DNA of 64,000 bases, taken from assembly GCA_965248575.1 (NCBI GenBank), contig CBDFJQ010000002.1:960001-1024000 (forward strand), read 5' to 3'. The translations under genes and the position numbers were made by a program. Origin of the DNA: Planctomycetota bacterium (GTDB taxonomy: Bacteria; Planctomycetota; B15-G4). Under the pieces are notes generated by a model, which was not told the DNA's origin, did not search any database, and saw only the letters and a program-made list of their open reading frames with translations. Positions within the stretch are counted from its first letter, which is position 1, and each line of letters begins with the position of its first letter. This document shows positions 1 through 11,665 of this stretch, in pieces.

Positions 1-1
1 T

Positions 2-661
2 GCGGATGGCGACATCCTGAAGTGGAACCCCTTCCTCGGCAGCGCCGATGTGTTCCATCGGGAGTCCGAGGTGGGCGCTTTCGTGAGCCAAGCCCTGGGA
101 TCAGCCACGAGCATCGGGGACGTGAAGGGCGTGGCCCGCAACCCGCTGACGGGCGCCCTCTTGTTCACGGTCCAGAGCCCCTCCAGTCACGATGCGTCGA
201 TCTTCACGGATGCAGGCGGAGGTGAACTGATGGAGGGCTACGCCGAGGCAAGCTGGGGCTTCAGCTCTGCAACCGAGTTCGATGCCCTCTCCGTGGCGAC
301 GAATCTTTGGCCATCGCTCGACACCAGCGACTCGATGCCCGCAGCCGGCGCGTCGGGCAGCCTGAAGGTCGACGGCGCCGACCCAGGAGAGGCCTACATC
401 ATCTTCGCGGCGCTGTCGTTGGGCCCATCGCAAGTCGTCACGGCTGGGTGGGGCGGCCTCGTCCTTTCCGCAGATGCTCTTTTCCTGGGCTCACTCAATC
501 AGCTGGCCCTGCGCACGGTCGTGACCGACTCCCTGGGCCAGGCTCAACTCGGATTCACCATTCCAACTGGTGTCCCGGCCACGGACATCTTCGTTCAGGC
601 CGTGGCCGCTGCGAGCCCGCATCCTGCCACCAACCCGCTCGTCATCGAGGTGGCTCAATAG
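2..661 (+). CDS. 5'-truncated, probably secreted/surface protein ending in a conserved beta-rich C-terminal domain
   Basis: Frame is open from nt 2 (ADGDILKWNPFLGSADVFHRE...) to TAG at 659-661. The last ~115 aa align by eye with the C-terminus of 20034..21926. Confidence 0.75.
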   Translation, partial: ADGDILKWNPFLGSADVFHRESEVGAFVSQALGSATSIGDVKGVARNPLTGALLFTVQSPSSHDASIFTDAGGGELMEGYAEASWGFSSATEFDALSVATNLWPSLDTSDSMPAAGASGSLKVDGADPGEAYIIFAALSLGPSQVVTAGWGGLVLSADALFLGSLNQLALRTVVTDSLGQAQLGFTIPTGVPATDIFVQAVAAASPHPATNPLVIEVAQ

Positions 662-800
662 GGTTGGCCCACCAGGGGTGGACCATCAACAGAGAAGAGG
701 ACACCACGACGCTCAGCATCCGTGAAGGATTCCTCCTCAACGGTGACGAGAGGGTCACAGCGAGCATCGTGGCGCCGCCTCACTCGCGGCGATAGAATGC

Positions 801-847
801 GGGAAGGAGGGGTGGCCCTGGGCGACCCCTTCTTCCCTCTTTCATTT
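801..847 (+). terminator. Intrinsic terminator-like hairpin upstream of the NIL gene
   Basis: GGGAAGGAGGGGT (801-813) pairs with ACCCCTTCTTCCC (825-837, one G-U) and is followed by TCTTTCATTT. Confidence 0.55.
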
Positions 848-872
848 CCCTGAGCCGGACCCCGGTTTGATC

Positions 873-1130
873 ATGGGCCATAGCAAGCTGATCCACTGCA
901 CCTTCCCGAAGGACCTCATTCACCAGCCGCTGCTCTACAACCTTGGCTGCGACTTCGGAGTGGTCCCCAACATCCGTGGAGCCACCATCAGTGACGACAT
1001 TGGCCTGGTGTACCTCGACCTGGAAGGCAACGAAGCCGAGGTCGAGAAAGCCGTGGAGTTCCTGAAGAGCAAGGGCGTTTCCGTGGAAGAGGTCGCCGCA
1101 GACGCCCCCGACAAGGCTCCGCCCGTCTGA
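873..1130 (+). CDS. Stand-alone NIL domain protein
   Basis: About 85 aa, with FPKDLIHQPLLYNLG..FGVVPNIRGA.I...IGLVYLDLEG...EVEKAVEFLKSKGVSVE, the pattern of the NIL (MetN C-terminal-like) domain. ATG at 873 preferred over TTG at 867. Confidence 0.8.
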   Translation: MGHSKLIHCTFPKDLIHQPLLYNLGCDFGVVPNIRGATISDDIGLVYLDLEGNEAEVEKAVEFLKSKGVSVEEVAADAPDKAPPV

Positions 1131-1138
1131 AGGAACCC

Positions 1139-2380
1139 TCAGTCGTCCGCGCGAAGACGCTCGCGGGCGGCCAGGGCCTTGGTGCGGTACTCGTCGAGCA
1201 GGTCTTGGTCCTGGCCTGCCTTGCGGCTATCGACCCACCAGCTGTTCCAGCCTTGCAGGACCTTCACCCGGAGATTCTGGGTCTTGGTGTCCATGCGGGT
1301 GGTGTCCGCTGGGAACGAGAATCGGGGGAAGAATCCGACGCTCTTCTGCCAGTCGTCGACCATCTTGTAGACCGAGACCACGTTGCCTTCTTCGCTGATG
1401 TCCACGCCCCTCAAGGCGTTCAGATAGGCGGGAACCGAGAGTGCCAGATCCAAGTCACGGACCTGCGGCAGCAACTTCTTCTTGCGGCGCGGCGTCGCAC
1501 CACCGAAGTCGATGTACAGCTCCTTGATCAGGACGGTCCACTCGTCCAGTTCTTCGGCGGTGCTTCCCAGGGCCGGGGGCAGGGCGTCGAACTCGATCAG
1601 CGTGGGCAAGGGTTCCTCTGGTGCGTCCGGGTCCGCCTTCGGGGCCGCTGCAACCGCTGCGGGAGCCTTCGCAGGCAGGGGCGCCTTGCCTGCGGCGTCG
1701 TCACCAGTCGTGCCTACAGAGTCGTCAGAGCCCGCTTCCGCGTCTGCAAGCTTCGCAGCAGTCTCGCTCGCCGTTTCTTCGGTGGGTTGGGACGAGGTGT
1801 CGTTGCCGCCATCCGCGGCCGTCTCGCTCTCCAAGTCTGAAGCCGCCGAGTTGTCGCCGGACGTGTCGTCCGCGACCGTGGTGCTGGAATCAGGCGTGGA
1901 ACTGCCCCCGTCGTCGCGCAGGAAGAACCAGTAGCCGCCACCGGCAAGGACAACCACGAGCAGCACAAGGCCGACCATCAAGCCGGTCTTCGAGTCAGAC
2001 CCGGACCCTCCGCTGGAGCCACTGCGCGCCGCCTTGGAGCCGGAGGCCTTGCGGGCACCCTTGCGAGCACCTCCGCCGGACTTGCCCCCGGCCTTGCGAC
2101 CGGCAGCCTTGCTGCTGGCGCCCGCCTTCCTGGCTGGAGCCGCTTTGGCCGGAGCTGTTTTCTTCACCGGTGCTGCCCGCTTGGGGGCTGTCGCCTTCTT
2201 GGGCGCAGCCTTGGCGGACTCACCAGCCGTGGCCTTGGCTGGGGCTGGAGCAGCAGCCGTCTCAGCGGGCGGAATCTCCAGGACCCCACCGCAGGTCTTG
2301 CACTTCGCGCGGGTGGCGGTGGTGCTTTCGGGCACCTTGAATCGTGCACCGCAATCCTTGCATGTGGCCACTCGGGTCAT
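1139..2380 (-). CDS. Membrane-anchored protein: N-terminal zinc ribbon, Lys/Ala-rich linker, one TM helix, acidic linker, helical C-terminal domain
   Basis: CKDCGARFKVP...AKCKTCG (MJ0042-like CxxC...CxxC). TM segment GLMVGLVLLVVVLAGGGYWFFL. ATG at 2380. Confidence 0.8.
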   Translation of the reverse strand: MTRVATCKDCGARFKVPESTTATRAKCKTCGGVLEIPPAETAAAPAPAKATAGESAKAAPKKATAPKRAAPVKKTAPAKAAPARKAGASSKAAGRKAGGKSGGGARKGARKASGSKAARSGSSGGSGSDSKTGLMVGLVLLVVVLAGGGYWFFLRDDGGSSTPDSSTTVADDTSGDNSAASDLESETAADGGNDTSSQPTEETASETAAKLADAEAGSDDSVGTTGDDAAGKAPLPAKAPAAVAAAPKADPDAPEEPLPTLIEFDALPPALGSTAEELDEWTVLIKELYIDFGGATPRRKKKLLPQVRDLDLALSVPAYLNALRGVDISEEGNVVSVYKMVDDWQKSVGFFPRFSFPADTTRMDTKTQNLRVKVLQGWNSWWVDSRKAGQDQDLLDEYRTKALAARERLRADD

Positions 2381-2492
2381 GATCGGAGCTTCCTGGGGCG
2401 AGAGGGGGCCCAAGGCGGGTTCTCGGGCCCTGGGGAACGCTGCAGGCTAGGAGCGGCCGTGGGGGTGGTCAAGGGCGGCCCCAGGAGGGGCG

Positions 2493-4823
2493 TCAGTTCA
2501 TCTGATCCAGATACTCCAGCACCTCGTCCATTTCCAGCTTGGAGAGGCGCAGGCCGATGGCATCGATCGCCGCCTGCTCGTCGGCCTTGAAGTCATCGGC
2601 CACGCCATAGGGGTCCTCATCCGCGTGAACCTCTCCCAGGGCCTCCAACAGGCTCGTGAACTGCACCGCGTCGAGGGCCAGCAAGCCCTCCAGCACACCC
2701 CAGACCATCACGGCCTGGTCCATGTCCCCGGCCGGCTCTTCGGCTCCCAAGAGCAGTGACCCCAGGTTGAACTTCCGCTTGCGCGACGCCTTCTCAAGCA
2801 AGCGTTCGGCCCTGCGAGACCAATCGAAGTGGTCACCCACGGCCACGAAGCCCGAGGTGTTGAACTGATAGACACTGTTCTGCAGGCGGATCTCGATCAG
2901 ATGGCCGAGGCCCCAGCGGATGCTCTGAGGCAGCTGTCCGGTGCGCTGCGTGAGGAAGCACTGCGTGAACTTGTGGGCGATCTCGTTCACCAGACGAAAC
3001 TCGTCGTCACCGGCGGCCGCGTTGCCCGCTTGGTCCCAGGTGGGTTGCAGGAACATGGGCACGTTGCGAGCCATGACGCCGTCCGGCTCCTGGGAGAGTT
3101 GTGCCACCTCCTCCGGCAAGAGCGCACGTTTGGAAGCCAGCGCGCTGAGCAGGCCATCCCAGAACTCCTGATCGCGGCTGGCCTGTTGGTCAAAGAGCAC
3201 GGCCAGCGTGGGGCGGGCTGTCCGCTTCACCAACAGGGGAAGCGCCGGCTCCAGGATCTCCCAGGCCTCGTCCATCTTGAGCGCGGCGTCGATCAGCACT
3301 TGGTCTGCGACGCGACCCATGACCACGTGATCGGGGTTGCCGCTCAGGCAGACGCGTAACTCCAGGGCCAGGATCTCCTTGGACCAGGAATCCAACAGCC
3401 GCCGAACGGGCGTGGGGATCTGCTCCGCCACCTCTCCCGCGGTGACCAGCTTGTCGCCCCACAGGATCTCGAGCGCAGCGGTGTCCTCGCGCAAGAGCGC
3501 GCGGGGAGCGCGGGGCTTGGTGCCCTTGCGGATGGTGACACGCGGGCCGCCCGAGCTGTCCGTCTTGCCAGGCGCGGGTTCTGAATCGGGCTTCGGTTCC
3601 GGCACGGGTACCGGCTCGCGGGGTGGTTCCCTCCCAGGCGACGGCGGCGCCTGGGCGACGGAACCGTCCTCACCCGGATCGTCATCGGACGGCCCCACGG
3701 GACGCTCGCGGTGGGTTGGCATGAGCGGGTTCTCCACCGGGACCGCCGCGAAGGTTCCGCCATGGCGACCATGCCAGCGCATCCAGGCAGCGAGATCGGC
3801 CTGATTCGCGGATTCCCAGGCTCCGTCGTCCGTCCCGAAGCGCGCCACGGCGGAAAAGGCCGAGCTGCGCCCCGTGATGGTTTCCAAGGCGTCGAAGAGC
3901 AGCCGCTGAGCCACCGCGTCCGGAGTGCCCGCATCGCTCATCTCGAGAATGCGCTCCAGGAGCGCGGCCACCGCGGCGCGTGGATTCCTGTGCAGGGCCT
4001 CAGTGACCTCCTTCCGCTCAGGGGGCCGCTGAGCAGCGAGCAGCCCGTCCACGAGTTCTCCCATGGAATCCCGGTCGAAGTCATCGAGTACCTCCGGCCA
4101 AACCACTCGAAGCTGGGTCAGCTCGGGGCGGGATTCCGGCTGCAGGCCCGCCTCACCCAAAGGATTGTGTCCGGCGCTGTAGGACTCACCGAACTGAAGG
4201 TCGAGCACCAGGAAGTCGGGGCTGGCCACGAGGACCAGATCGAGCAAGCGGCCGGAGCGGGAAGCCTTGACCACCGTTTGCAGGACGTGCCGATCGGGCA
4301 CGGGACCCCAACCCGCGTCGGGATCCTCCAGCACCCGGATGTTGTAGAGGGTTCCGCTTTCGAAATGGTGTGCGTCGGCGCCCAACCAGCCCTGCACCGT
4401 GTCCTGGATGAAGAGCAGCTGTCCGAGCTCGTCGAGATCCTCCCAACGCCCCCGGGCTGCCCCGCGCGCCACGCCCTCCTCAGAGCGCAGGCGAAAGTCC
4501 GTGATCTGTGCGAGCGTGCGTTCGTCTCCGCCACGCAGGGCCCGGATGACGATGCTGGCCAACTCCCAGTGTTCTGGCGTGGGCTCCTGGGTGGAGTCCT
4601 GGCTGGAGTCCTGATCCTGAACAACAGGGGCCGACATGAACGGGGCAGCCGCCACGGCTTGCCCCCAGAGCAAGGATGGAGGCAGAGGCCAACCACACAG
4701 GCAGGCGGCCAACAGCATCATCAGGGGCATGCGCCACCAGTTCGCTCCCGGAAGTCGATCGAGAGCCCGATCCGGACCCCTCTGTGCGTCTCGGCGGCGC
4801 CCAGCGCCTCCATCAGGACTCAT
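2493..4823 (-). CDS. Large exported hypothetical protein, C-terminal region resembles a degenerate zinc-peptidase fold
   Basis: Long ORF with signal-like MPLMMLLAACLCGWP, a Pro-rich central linker and NEIAH...WGLGHLIE. Start uncertain (ATG 4823 or 4730). Confidence 0.7.
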   Translation of the reverse strand: MSPDGGAGRRRDAQRGPDRALDRLPGANWWRMPLMMLLAACLCGWPLPPSLLWGQAVAAAPFMSAPVVQDQDSSQDSTQEPTPEHWELASIVIRALRGGDERTLAQITDFRLRSEEGVARGAARGRWEDLDELGQLLFIQDTVQGWLGADAHHFESGTLYNIRVLEDPDAGWGPVPDRHVLQTVVKASRSGRLLDLVLVASPDFLVLDLQFGESYSAGHNPLGEAGLQPESRPELTQLRVVWPEVLDDFDRDSMGELVDGLLAAQRPPERKEVTEALHRNPRAAVAALLERILEMSDAGTPDAVAQRLLFDALETITGRSSAFSAVARFGTDDGAWESANQADLAAWMRWHGRHGGTFAAVPVENPLMPTHRERPVGPSDDDPGEDGSVAQAPPSPGREPPREPVPVPEPKPDSEPAPGKTDSSGGPRVTIRKGTKPRAPRALLREDTAALEILWGDKLVTAGEVAEQIPTPVRRLLDSWSKEILALELRVCLSGNPDHVVMGRVADQVLIDAALKMDEAWEILEPALPLLVKRTARPTLAVLFDQQASRDQEFWDGLLSALASKRALLPEEVAQLSQEPDGVMARNVPMFLQPTWDQAGNAAAGDDEFRLVNEIAHKFTQCFLTQRTGQLPQSIRWGLGHLIEIRLQNSVYQFNTSGFVAVGDHFDWSRRAERLLEKASRKRKFNLGSLLLGAEEPAGDMDQAVMVWGVLEGLLALDAVQFTSLLEALGEVHADEDPYGVADDFKADEQAAIDAIGLRLSKLEMDEVLEYLDQMN

Positions 4824-5078
4824 GGGACTCCGATTGACTCCAACGTTCACAGCCTTCTCTCCGCGACCCAAACGACCATTGACCATCCCACACCTCAACA
4901 GCTGAACCCGCCTCTCGTCGACCCTTTGCCCGGCCTCGGGCCCGAGTTGCTCCCCGAGACCCACAGGGACAGCAACTTCCAACACCGAGCGGCCGCTTTA
5001 TAGTCCCATCTTCCTTCGCCGGTATTCCCCGGACGCCCGTCGGTAACCAGGACCCCCCTCGTGAGTTGCAGGCGCACC

Positions 5079-7067
5079 ATGCCGGAGACAAGCTTTCGAC
5101 TCCAGACCCGGTTCGAGCCCCGCGGCGACCAGCCAGCGGCCATCGAGACGCTCGTCAAGGGCTTCAGGGACGGGCACCAGCGCCAGGTCCTGCGGGGCGT
5201 CACGGGCTCGGGCAAGACGTTCACCATGGCCAATGTGGTCATGCAGCTGCAGCGCCCGACCCTCGTGCTCGCACACAACAAGACCCTCGCGGCCCAGCTC
5301 TACGACGAGTTCCGGACCCTCTTCCCCGAGAACGCCGTCGAGTACTTCGTCTCCTACTACGACTACTACCAACCGGAGGCCTACGTCGCGCGCACCGACA
5401 CCTACATCGAAAAAGAGGCCTTCATCAATGAACGGATCGAACGCCTCCGCAACAGCGCGACCCGTTCGTTGATCGACCGCCACGATGTGCTGATCGTGGC
5501 CTCGGTCAGTTGCATCTACGGCCTGGGTTCGCCCGAGAACTACGAGGGCATGCGGGTCGAGCTGCGGCGCGGCATGTTGGTCGACCGGGACGACCTGCTG
5601 CGGGAATTGGCCGGTTGCGGGTACCAGCGCGCGGCGCTCGAGTTCAAGAACGGGACCTTCCGGGTGCGGGGCGACGTGGTGGAGGTCTTCCCGGTGTACG
5701 AGGAGGACAGGGTCATCCGCGTAGAGTTCTTCGACGATGAGGTCGAGAGCCTGACGGTCATCGACCCGCTGCGAGGCGAGGTGCTGGAGACCCGGGAATC
5801 CGTCGCGATCTACCCCGCCAGCCACTACGTCACTCCCAAAGATCGCCTGGTCGGGGCCATCGAGAGCATCCGGGACGAACTGGAAAGCCATCTGCCCGCC
5901 CTCCGAGGTGAAGCGCGCCTGCTGGAAGCTCAGCGGCTAGAGCAGAGAACGCGCTTTGACCTGGAGCTGTTGGAAGAGAGCGGCATGTGCTCCGGAATCG
6001 AGAACTACAGCCGCCACCTGGACGGACGGGCCCCGGGCGAAGCCCCCGCGACCCTGATCTCGTACTTCCCTGACGACTTCCTGCTGATCGTCGACGAGAG
6101 CCACCAGAGCCTGCCGCAGGTCGGCGCCATGCGACGTGGGGACTTCTCCCGCAAGGGAACCCTGGTCGAGCACGGCTTCCGGCTGCCCTCCGCCATCGAC
6201 AATCGCCCGCTCGGGTTCGAGGAGTTCGACCAGCTGCTCAACAAGGTGATCTATGTGTCGGCCACTCCAGGTTCCTGGGAGCTCAAGGCCAGCGAGGAGC
6301 GCATCGCCGAGCAGATCATCCGGCCCACGGGGCTCCTGGATCCGCCGGTCATCGTGCGCCCCGCTCGAGGCCAGGTGGACGACCTGCACTCCGAGATCGA
6401 GCAGGTGCGCAAGGCTGGCGAACGGGTCCTGGTCACCACGCTCACGAAGCGCATGGCTGAAGAACTGTCGGACCACTACGCCTCGCTCGGCATCCGCGTG
6501 AAGTACATGCACAGCGACATCGACAGCATCGAAAGGGTTGAGATCATCCGCGGGCTGCGCATGGGGGAGTTCGACGTCCTCGTGGGCATCAACCTGCTGC
6601 GCGAAGGCCTCGACCTGCCCGAGGTTTCGCTCGTGGCCGTCCTGGACGCAGACAAGACCGGTTTCCTCCGTTCTGCCACGAGCCTGATCCAGACCATGGG
6701 GCGCGCAGCCCGCAACGTGAACGGCCGCGTGATCTTCTATGCAGACGGCGAGACGGACGCCATGCGAGCTGCCATCGATGAGTCGAGTCGCCGCCGCACC
6801 ATCCAACAGGCTTTCAACGACGAGCACGGCATCATTCCCACGACCACGACGCGCGCCGTCGATCGATCCCTGGCCGTCGCCGAAGAGGAGCTGGCGGAAG
6901 AAGCGGGCCTCGACCTGGCGGAGGTGAATCCAGGCAACATCCGCAAGCACATCGGTGTGACCCGCAAGGCGATGCTCGCAGCTTCGGAGGCCCTCGAATT
7001 CGAGAAGGCTGCCAAGCTGCGCGACGAACTCACCGCCCTCGAGCGGCTGGAACTGCGCTATCGGTGA
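5079..7067 (+). CDS. uvrB: Excinuclease ABC subunit B
   Basis: GVTGSGKT Walker [15 protein letters not shown] beta-hairpin, [19 protein letters not shown]-terminal UVR motif ([11 protein letters not shown]). Confidence 0.98.
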   Translation: MPETSFRLQTRFEPRGDQPAAIETLVKGFRDGHQRQVLRGVTGSGKTFTMANVVMQLQRPTLVLAHNKTLAAQLYDEFRTLFPENAVEYFVSYYDYYQPEAYVARTDTYIEKEAFINERIERLRNSATRSLIDRHDVLIVASVSCIYGLGSPENYEGMRVELRRGMLVDRDDLLRELAGCGYQRAALEFKNGTFRVRGDVVEVFPVYEEDRVIRVEFFDDEVESLTVIDPLRGEVLETRESVAIYPASHYVTPKDRLVGAIESIRDELESHLPALRGEARLLEAQRLEQRTRFDLELLEESGMCSGIENYSRHLDGRAPGEAPATLISYFPDDFLLIVDESHQSLPQVGAMRRGDFSRKGTLVEHGFRLPSAIDNRPLGFEEFDQLLNKVIYVSATPGSWELKASEERIAEQIIRPTGLLDPPVIVRPARGQVDDLHSEIEQVRKAGERVLVTTLTKRMAEELSDHYASLGIRVKYMHSDIDSIERVEIIRGLRMGEFDVLVGINLLREGLDLPEVSLVAVLDADKTGFLRSATSLIQTMGRAARNVNGRVIFYADGETDAMRAAIDESSRRRTIQQAFNDEHGIIPTTTTRAVDRSLAVAEEELAEEAGLDLAEVNPGNIRKHIGVTRKAMLAASEALEFEKAAKLRDELTALERLELRYR

Positions 7068-8938
7068 GCACGCCTGAGGAAAGCGGACGGCAAAGGCGTG
7101 AGCGACTCCTGGAGCGCGTCAAGCGACTGCCCGAGGGCCCCGGGGTCTATTTGTTCATGGATGTCGGCAAGCGCGTGGCCTACGTCGGCAAGGCCCATAA
7201 CTTGCGAAACCGCGTCAAGAGCTACTTCGCCGCGAGCCAGGATGGACGCCGGGCCGTACGTTTCGTCTCCCGCTACGTGCATGACATCGATTTCGTCAGC
7301 ACCGAGAGCGAGACAGCCGCCTTCTTGCTCGAGAACAAGCTCGTCAAGCGGCACAAGCCGCCCTACAACGTCAAGCTCCGGGACGACAAGGACTTCCTCT
7401 ACGTCCGGGTGGATCGCAGCCACCGCTTCCCGGCCTTGGGGCTGGCGCGTCGTCCGAAGAAGCAGGCTGCCAGCAGCCTGAGCTTCCACGGGCCCTTCGC
7501 CAATGCGGGCGCGTTGCGACGCACCTTGCGCATGCTCGGCGGCATCATCCCCCTGCGCGATTGCACGGACCGTGAGTTTGCGAGCCGCACGCGACCGTGC
7601 CTCAAGCACGAGATGAACCGATGCTGTGCGCCCTGCGTCGACCTCGTCAGTCAGCAGGACTACGCGGGCTTGCTCGACGAAGCGCTGAGCGTGCTGGAGG
7701 GAAACTGCGAGACCGCGGTGGGGCGGCTGGAACAGAAGATGTCGGCAGCCGCCGCGGACCTTCGATACGAAACCGCCGCCAGGCATCGCGATGCCATTCG
7801 CTATCTCCGTGCCACCACAGCACACCAGCAGGTGGAGAACATCGGCGTGAAGGAGGCCGATGTGGTCGGGCTGCGCCGGGCCGGCGAACTGGTAGAGCTC
7901 GTGGTCCTGGCCTTCCGCAACAGCTCACTCGTCTCCAGCGCCCACCACACCCTCGAGTCCGTGCTGCCCGAGGGCGAACTGCTCGAGGGTTTCCTGCTGG
8001 AGTTCTACGGCGAAGCACGCCCGGTGCCGCGCGAGATCCTGCTGCCTTACCCAGCCCCAGACGCCGAGGGGCTGGGGGAGTTCCTCGGAGCCCGTCGCGG
8101 CGGGAAGATCAAGGTGCTTTCGCCCCAGCGCGGCGCCAAGGCCAAGCTCGTCCAACTCGCGCAGACCAACGCCAAGGACGCGCTCGTGGTCGCGGTGGAA
8201 CAGCGGGGCCATCAGCGGCGGCTGCTGGAGGCCCTGGCCGATCGCCTGGGTCTGCCGAAGGTGCCCGAGGTCATCGAGTGTTACGACATCTCCAACACGG
8301 GGCGGACCGCAATCGTGGCCTCTCGCGTCGTGTTCAAGCACGGCGAGCCCGACCGCAGCCGGTACCGGCACTACCGGATGAAGACCGTCGAGGGCCAAGA
8401 CGACTACGCCTCCATGAGGGAAGTGCTCCGACGACGCTTCGCCCGCGTCAAGGCCGATCCACTGCCGGACCTCTTGCTTGTGGATGGAGGCAAGGGTCAG
8501 CTCGGCGTGGCTATCGACGTGGCTGAGGAAACGGGGCACGGCAAGCTGCCCCTGGCATCCCTCGCCAAGGGGGCCCGGCGCGGCCGCGCACTGACCCTCG
8601 GCGAGGGGGAGGAGGAACGAGTCTTCCTCCCGGGCAGATCACAGCCCGTGGTCCTGGCCGGCAAGTCGCCCGAGGAGTACCTCTTGCAGCGCGTACGGGA
8701 CGAGGCCCATCGCTTCGCCATCGGCCACCACCGCAAGGCCCGAAGCAAGCAGAGCTTGTTCTCCAAGCTCGACGACGTGCCCGGCGTGGGTCCCGTCTTG
8801 AAGAAGCGTCTGCTGCAATCCTTCGGCGGCATGCGCGGGCTGGGACAGGCAAACGTCGAGCAGGTCGCCCGTGTGCAGGGGGTGAGCGCAGAGCTCGCCC
8901 GCGAGATCCTGGACCATCTGGAACGGACCAACGACTGA
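7064..8938 (+). CDS. uvrC: Excinuclease ABC subunit C
   Basis: GIY-YIG region (PGVYLF...[16 protein letters not shown]), [23 protein letters not shown]-terminal HhH. GTG start overlaps the uvrB stop. Confidence 0.97.
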   Translation: MSTPEESGRQRRERLLERVKRLPEGPGVYLFMDVGKRVAYVGKAHNLRNRVKSYFAASQDGRRAVRFVSRYVHDIDFVSTESETAAFLLENKLVKRHKPPYNVKLRDDKDFLYVRVDRSHRFPALGLARRPKKQAASSLSFHGPFANAGALRRTLRMLGGIIPLRDCTDREFASRTRPCLKHEMNRCCAPCVDLVSQQDYAGLLDEALSVLEGNCETAVGRLEQKMSAAAADLRYETAARHRDAIRYLRATTAHQQVENIGVKEADVVGLRRAGELVELVVLAFRNSSLVSSAHHTLESVLPEGELLEGFLLEFYGEARPVPREILLPYPAPDAEGLGEFLGARRGGKIKVLSPQRGAKAKLVQLAQTNAKDALVVAVEQRGHQRRLLEALADRLGLPKVPEVIECYDISNTGRTAIVASRVVFKHGEPDRSRYRHYRMKTVEGQDDYASMREVLRRRFARVKADPLPDLLLVDGGKGQLGVAIDVAEETGHGKLPLASLAKGARRGRALTLGEGEEERVFLPGRSQPVVLAGKSPEEYLLQRVRDEAHRFAIGHHRKARSKQSLFSKLDDVPGVGPVLKKRLLQSFGGMRGLGQANVEQVARVQGVSAELAREILDHLERTND

Positions 8939-8953
8939 GCCGTCTCCGCGCCC

Positions 8954-9886
<933 letters not shown>

Positions 9887-10061
9887 TCCAGCCACCTCCT
9901 TCCGGCGCAATCGCCGGGCTGAAAGGAGCTTAGCGAATCCCGGCCGTGGCTGAACGACCTGGAGCGGGTGCAGCGCGAGGTCGGAAGGTTGGGTGGGTCG
10001 CGAGGTCGCAGGAAGGACGGGCCACGCGAGTCGATACTGGACTTTGGATTCCTGGGGAACG

Positions 10062-11102
10062 ATGGCCACCCAAAAGAAGCCCACTCAATCCAAGACCCGC
10101 CGCAAGGCTGCCTCGGCAGCTCGGCCCACCAAGAAAGCCAGCTCGAAGGCGCCCAAGAAGGCCGCTTCCAAGCCAAAGGCTGCTGCGAAATCAGCAGCCA
10201 AGAAGCCGGCTAGATCGAAGAGCAAAGCGAAGACCAAGCCCGCCGCGAAGCCGGCAAGCCGGGCCAAACCGGCCGCCTCGTCCAAGACGACGCGCAAGAA
10301 GAGCGCTGCCAAGGCATCCTCCGCGGCCAAGCGCCCGGTGAAATCCAAGTCCAAGGCGGCGTCAGCCGCCAAGAGGCCGGCAGCGAAGAGGGCCTCCCCC
10401 AAGAAAGCCGGCGCAAAGAAGACTGTCGCCAAGAAGGCCGTCGCAAAGAAGGCCGTCGCCAAGAAGGCCGTCGCCAAGAAGGCCGTCGCCAAGAAGGCCG
10501 TCGCAAAGAAGGCCGTCGCAAAGAAGAAGGTGAGCGCCAAGAAGGCCCCGCCCACCAAGCGTCCCGCGACGGCCAGGAAGCCGACGAAGGCTGCCCCCAA
10601 GAGCGCTCCAGCTCCCAAGGCCACCAAGGCCACCAAGGCCACGGCGACCGGAACCGCCAAGAAGACCGCGAAAGCCAAGGCTGCAGTCAAGGTCGTGGAG
10701 ATCGAGGTGCCGGCACGCGTGCGGCGCAGGAAGATGAAATCTCCCTACTCCAAAGCCCAGCTCCGGCCTCTTCGCAAGGCGATCCTCGAGCGCCGGTCCC
10801 GGGTCAGCTCCGACCTGAACCTCATGGGAGACGAGGCCCTTCGGGCGTCTGACCCCGACACGGATGCCGAGAGCGTCGCTGATCACGGCAGTGACGCCTA
10901 CGAGCGCAACGTGACCCTGGGCCTCATGGAGCACGACTCGCGCACCCTGCGCCAGATCGAGCGCGCCCTGATCCTCCTGGATTCAGGCACCTACGGCCTC
11001 TGCTTCGAGTGTGACGAGCCCATCCCCCTGGCCCGCCTCGAGGCTCTTCCCTTCGCAACGACCTGTGTGCCTTGCCAAGAGAAGCAGGAGGGGTCCTTCT
11101 AG
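10062..11102 (+). CDS. dksA: DksA/TraR C4 zinc-finger protein with a long histone-like Lys/Ala-rich N-terminus
   Basis: C-terminal [10 protein letters not shown]...[40 protein letters not shown]. About 210 N-terminal residues are mostly K/A/S/T/P/R. Confidence 0.85.
   Translation: MATQKKPTQSKTRRKAASAARPTKKASSKAPKKAASKPKAAAKSAAKKPARSKSKAKTKPAAKPASRAKPAASSKTTRKKSAAKASSAAKRPVKSKSKAASAAKRPAAKRASPKKAGAKKTVAKKAVAKKAVAKKAVAKKAVAKKAVAKKAVAKKKVSAKKAPPTKRPATARKPTKAAPKSAPAPKATKATKATATGTAKKTAKAKAAVKVVEIEVPARVRRRKMKSPYSKAQLRPLRKAILERRSRVSSDLNLMGDEALRASDPDTDAESVADHGSDAYERNVTLGLMEHDSRTLRQIERALILLDSGTYGLCFECDEPIPLARLEALPFATTCVPCQEKQEGSF
10401..10520 (+). repeat. 15-bp coding tandem repeat (KKAVA pentapeptide)
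   Basis: Six copies of AAGAAGGCCGTCGC(C/A) at 10431-10520, preceded by two degenerate units ([10 protein letters not shown]). Confidence 0.95.
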
Positions 11103-11104
11103 GC

Positions 11105-11665
11105 ATGTCGTCCGAGAGCCCGCCGGGAATCGATGGCACGCCGCCCGGCGAAGGCCGCAGCATGCGCGGAAAGTGGGTCTGGCTCTTGCTAGCAGCGCTG
11201 GTGATCGGTGCAGACCTCTGGACCAAGGAAGCCCTCTTTGGGCCGCAGATCGAGGGCCGCGTGGATTGGGTGGCCGGTCAGTGGTTCGGGCTCACAAAGG
11301 TCTGGAACAAGGGCATGATGTGGGGCGTGCTCCAGGATCACAGTGATCTCGTGCACAGCACCCTCAGGTGGCTGCGCGTCGTGGCCGCAGGGGTCGTCCT
11401 CATCATGATCCTCAACACTCCCTCCAGATCGCGATTGCTGCTCCTGGCCCTCGGGCTTGTCTTGGGTGGTGCCCTAGGCAACATCTACGACGGTTTCGCC
11501 TATGGGAAGGTGCGCGACTTCCTGCTTTTCGACTTCGACTTCGCGCCCTTCGACCCCTTCCCTGTCTTCAACGTGGCTGACAGCGCGATCTGCGTTGGCG
11601 TCGTCTTGCTCGCGCTCGGCCTCTTGCTGGATGGACGCCGCGAGCAGGAAGCCCAGCCGGAATGA
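11105..11665 (+). CDS. lspA: Lipoprotein signal peptidase II
   Basis: ADLWTK, NKGMMWG, GGALGNIYD, VRDF, PVFNVADSAICVG. Start may be 11105 or 11162. Confidence 0.93.
   Translation: MSSESPPGIDGTPPGEGRSMRGKWVWLLLAALVIGADLWTKEALFGPQIEGRVDWVAGQWFGLTKVWNKGMMWGVLQDHSDLVHSTLRWLRVVAAGVVLIMILNTPSRSRLLLLALGLVLGGALGNIYDGFAYGKVRDFLLFDFDFAPFDPFPVFNVADSAICVGVVLLALGLLLDGRREQEAQPE

Noticed and set aside
10401..10520. Tandem repeat as a CRISPR array
   Set aside because: The 15-bp units are contiguous with no spacers and in frame within a CDS, and there are no cas genes.
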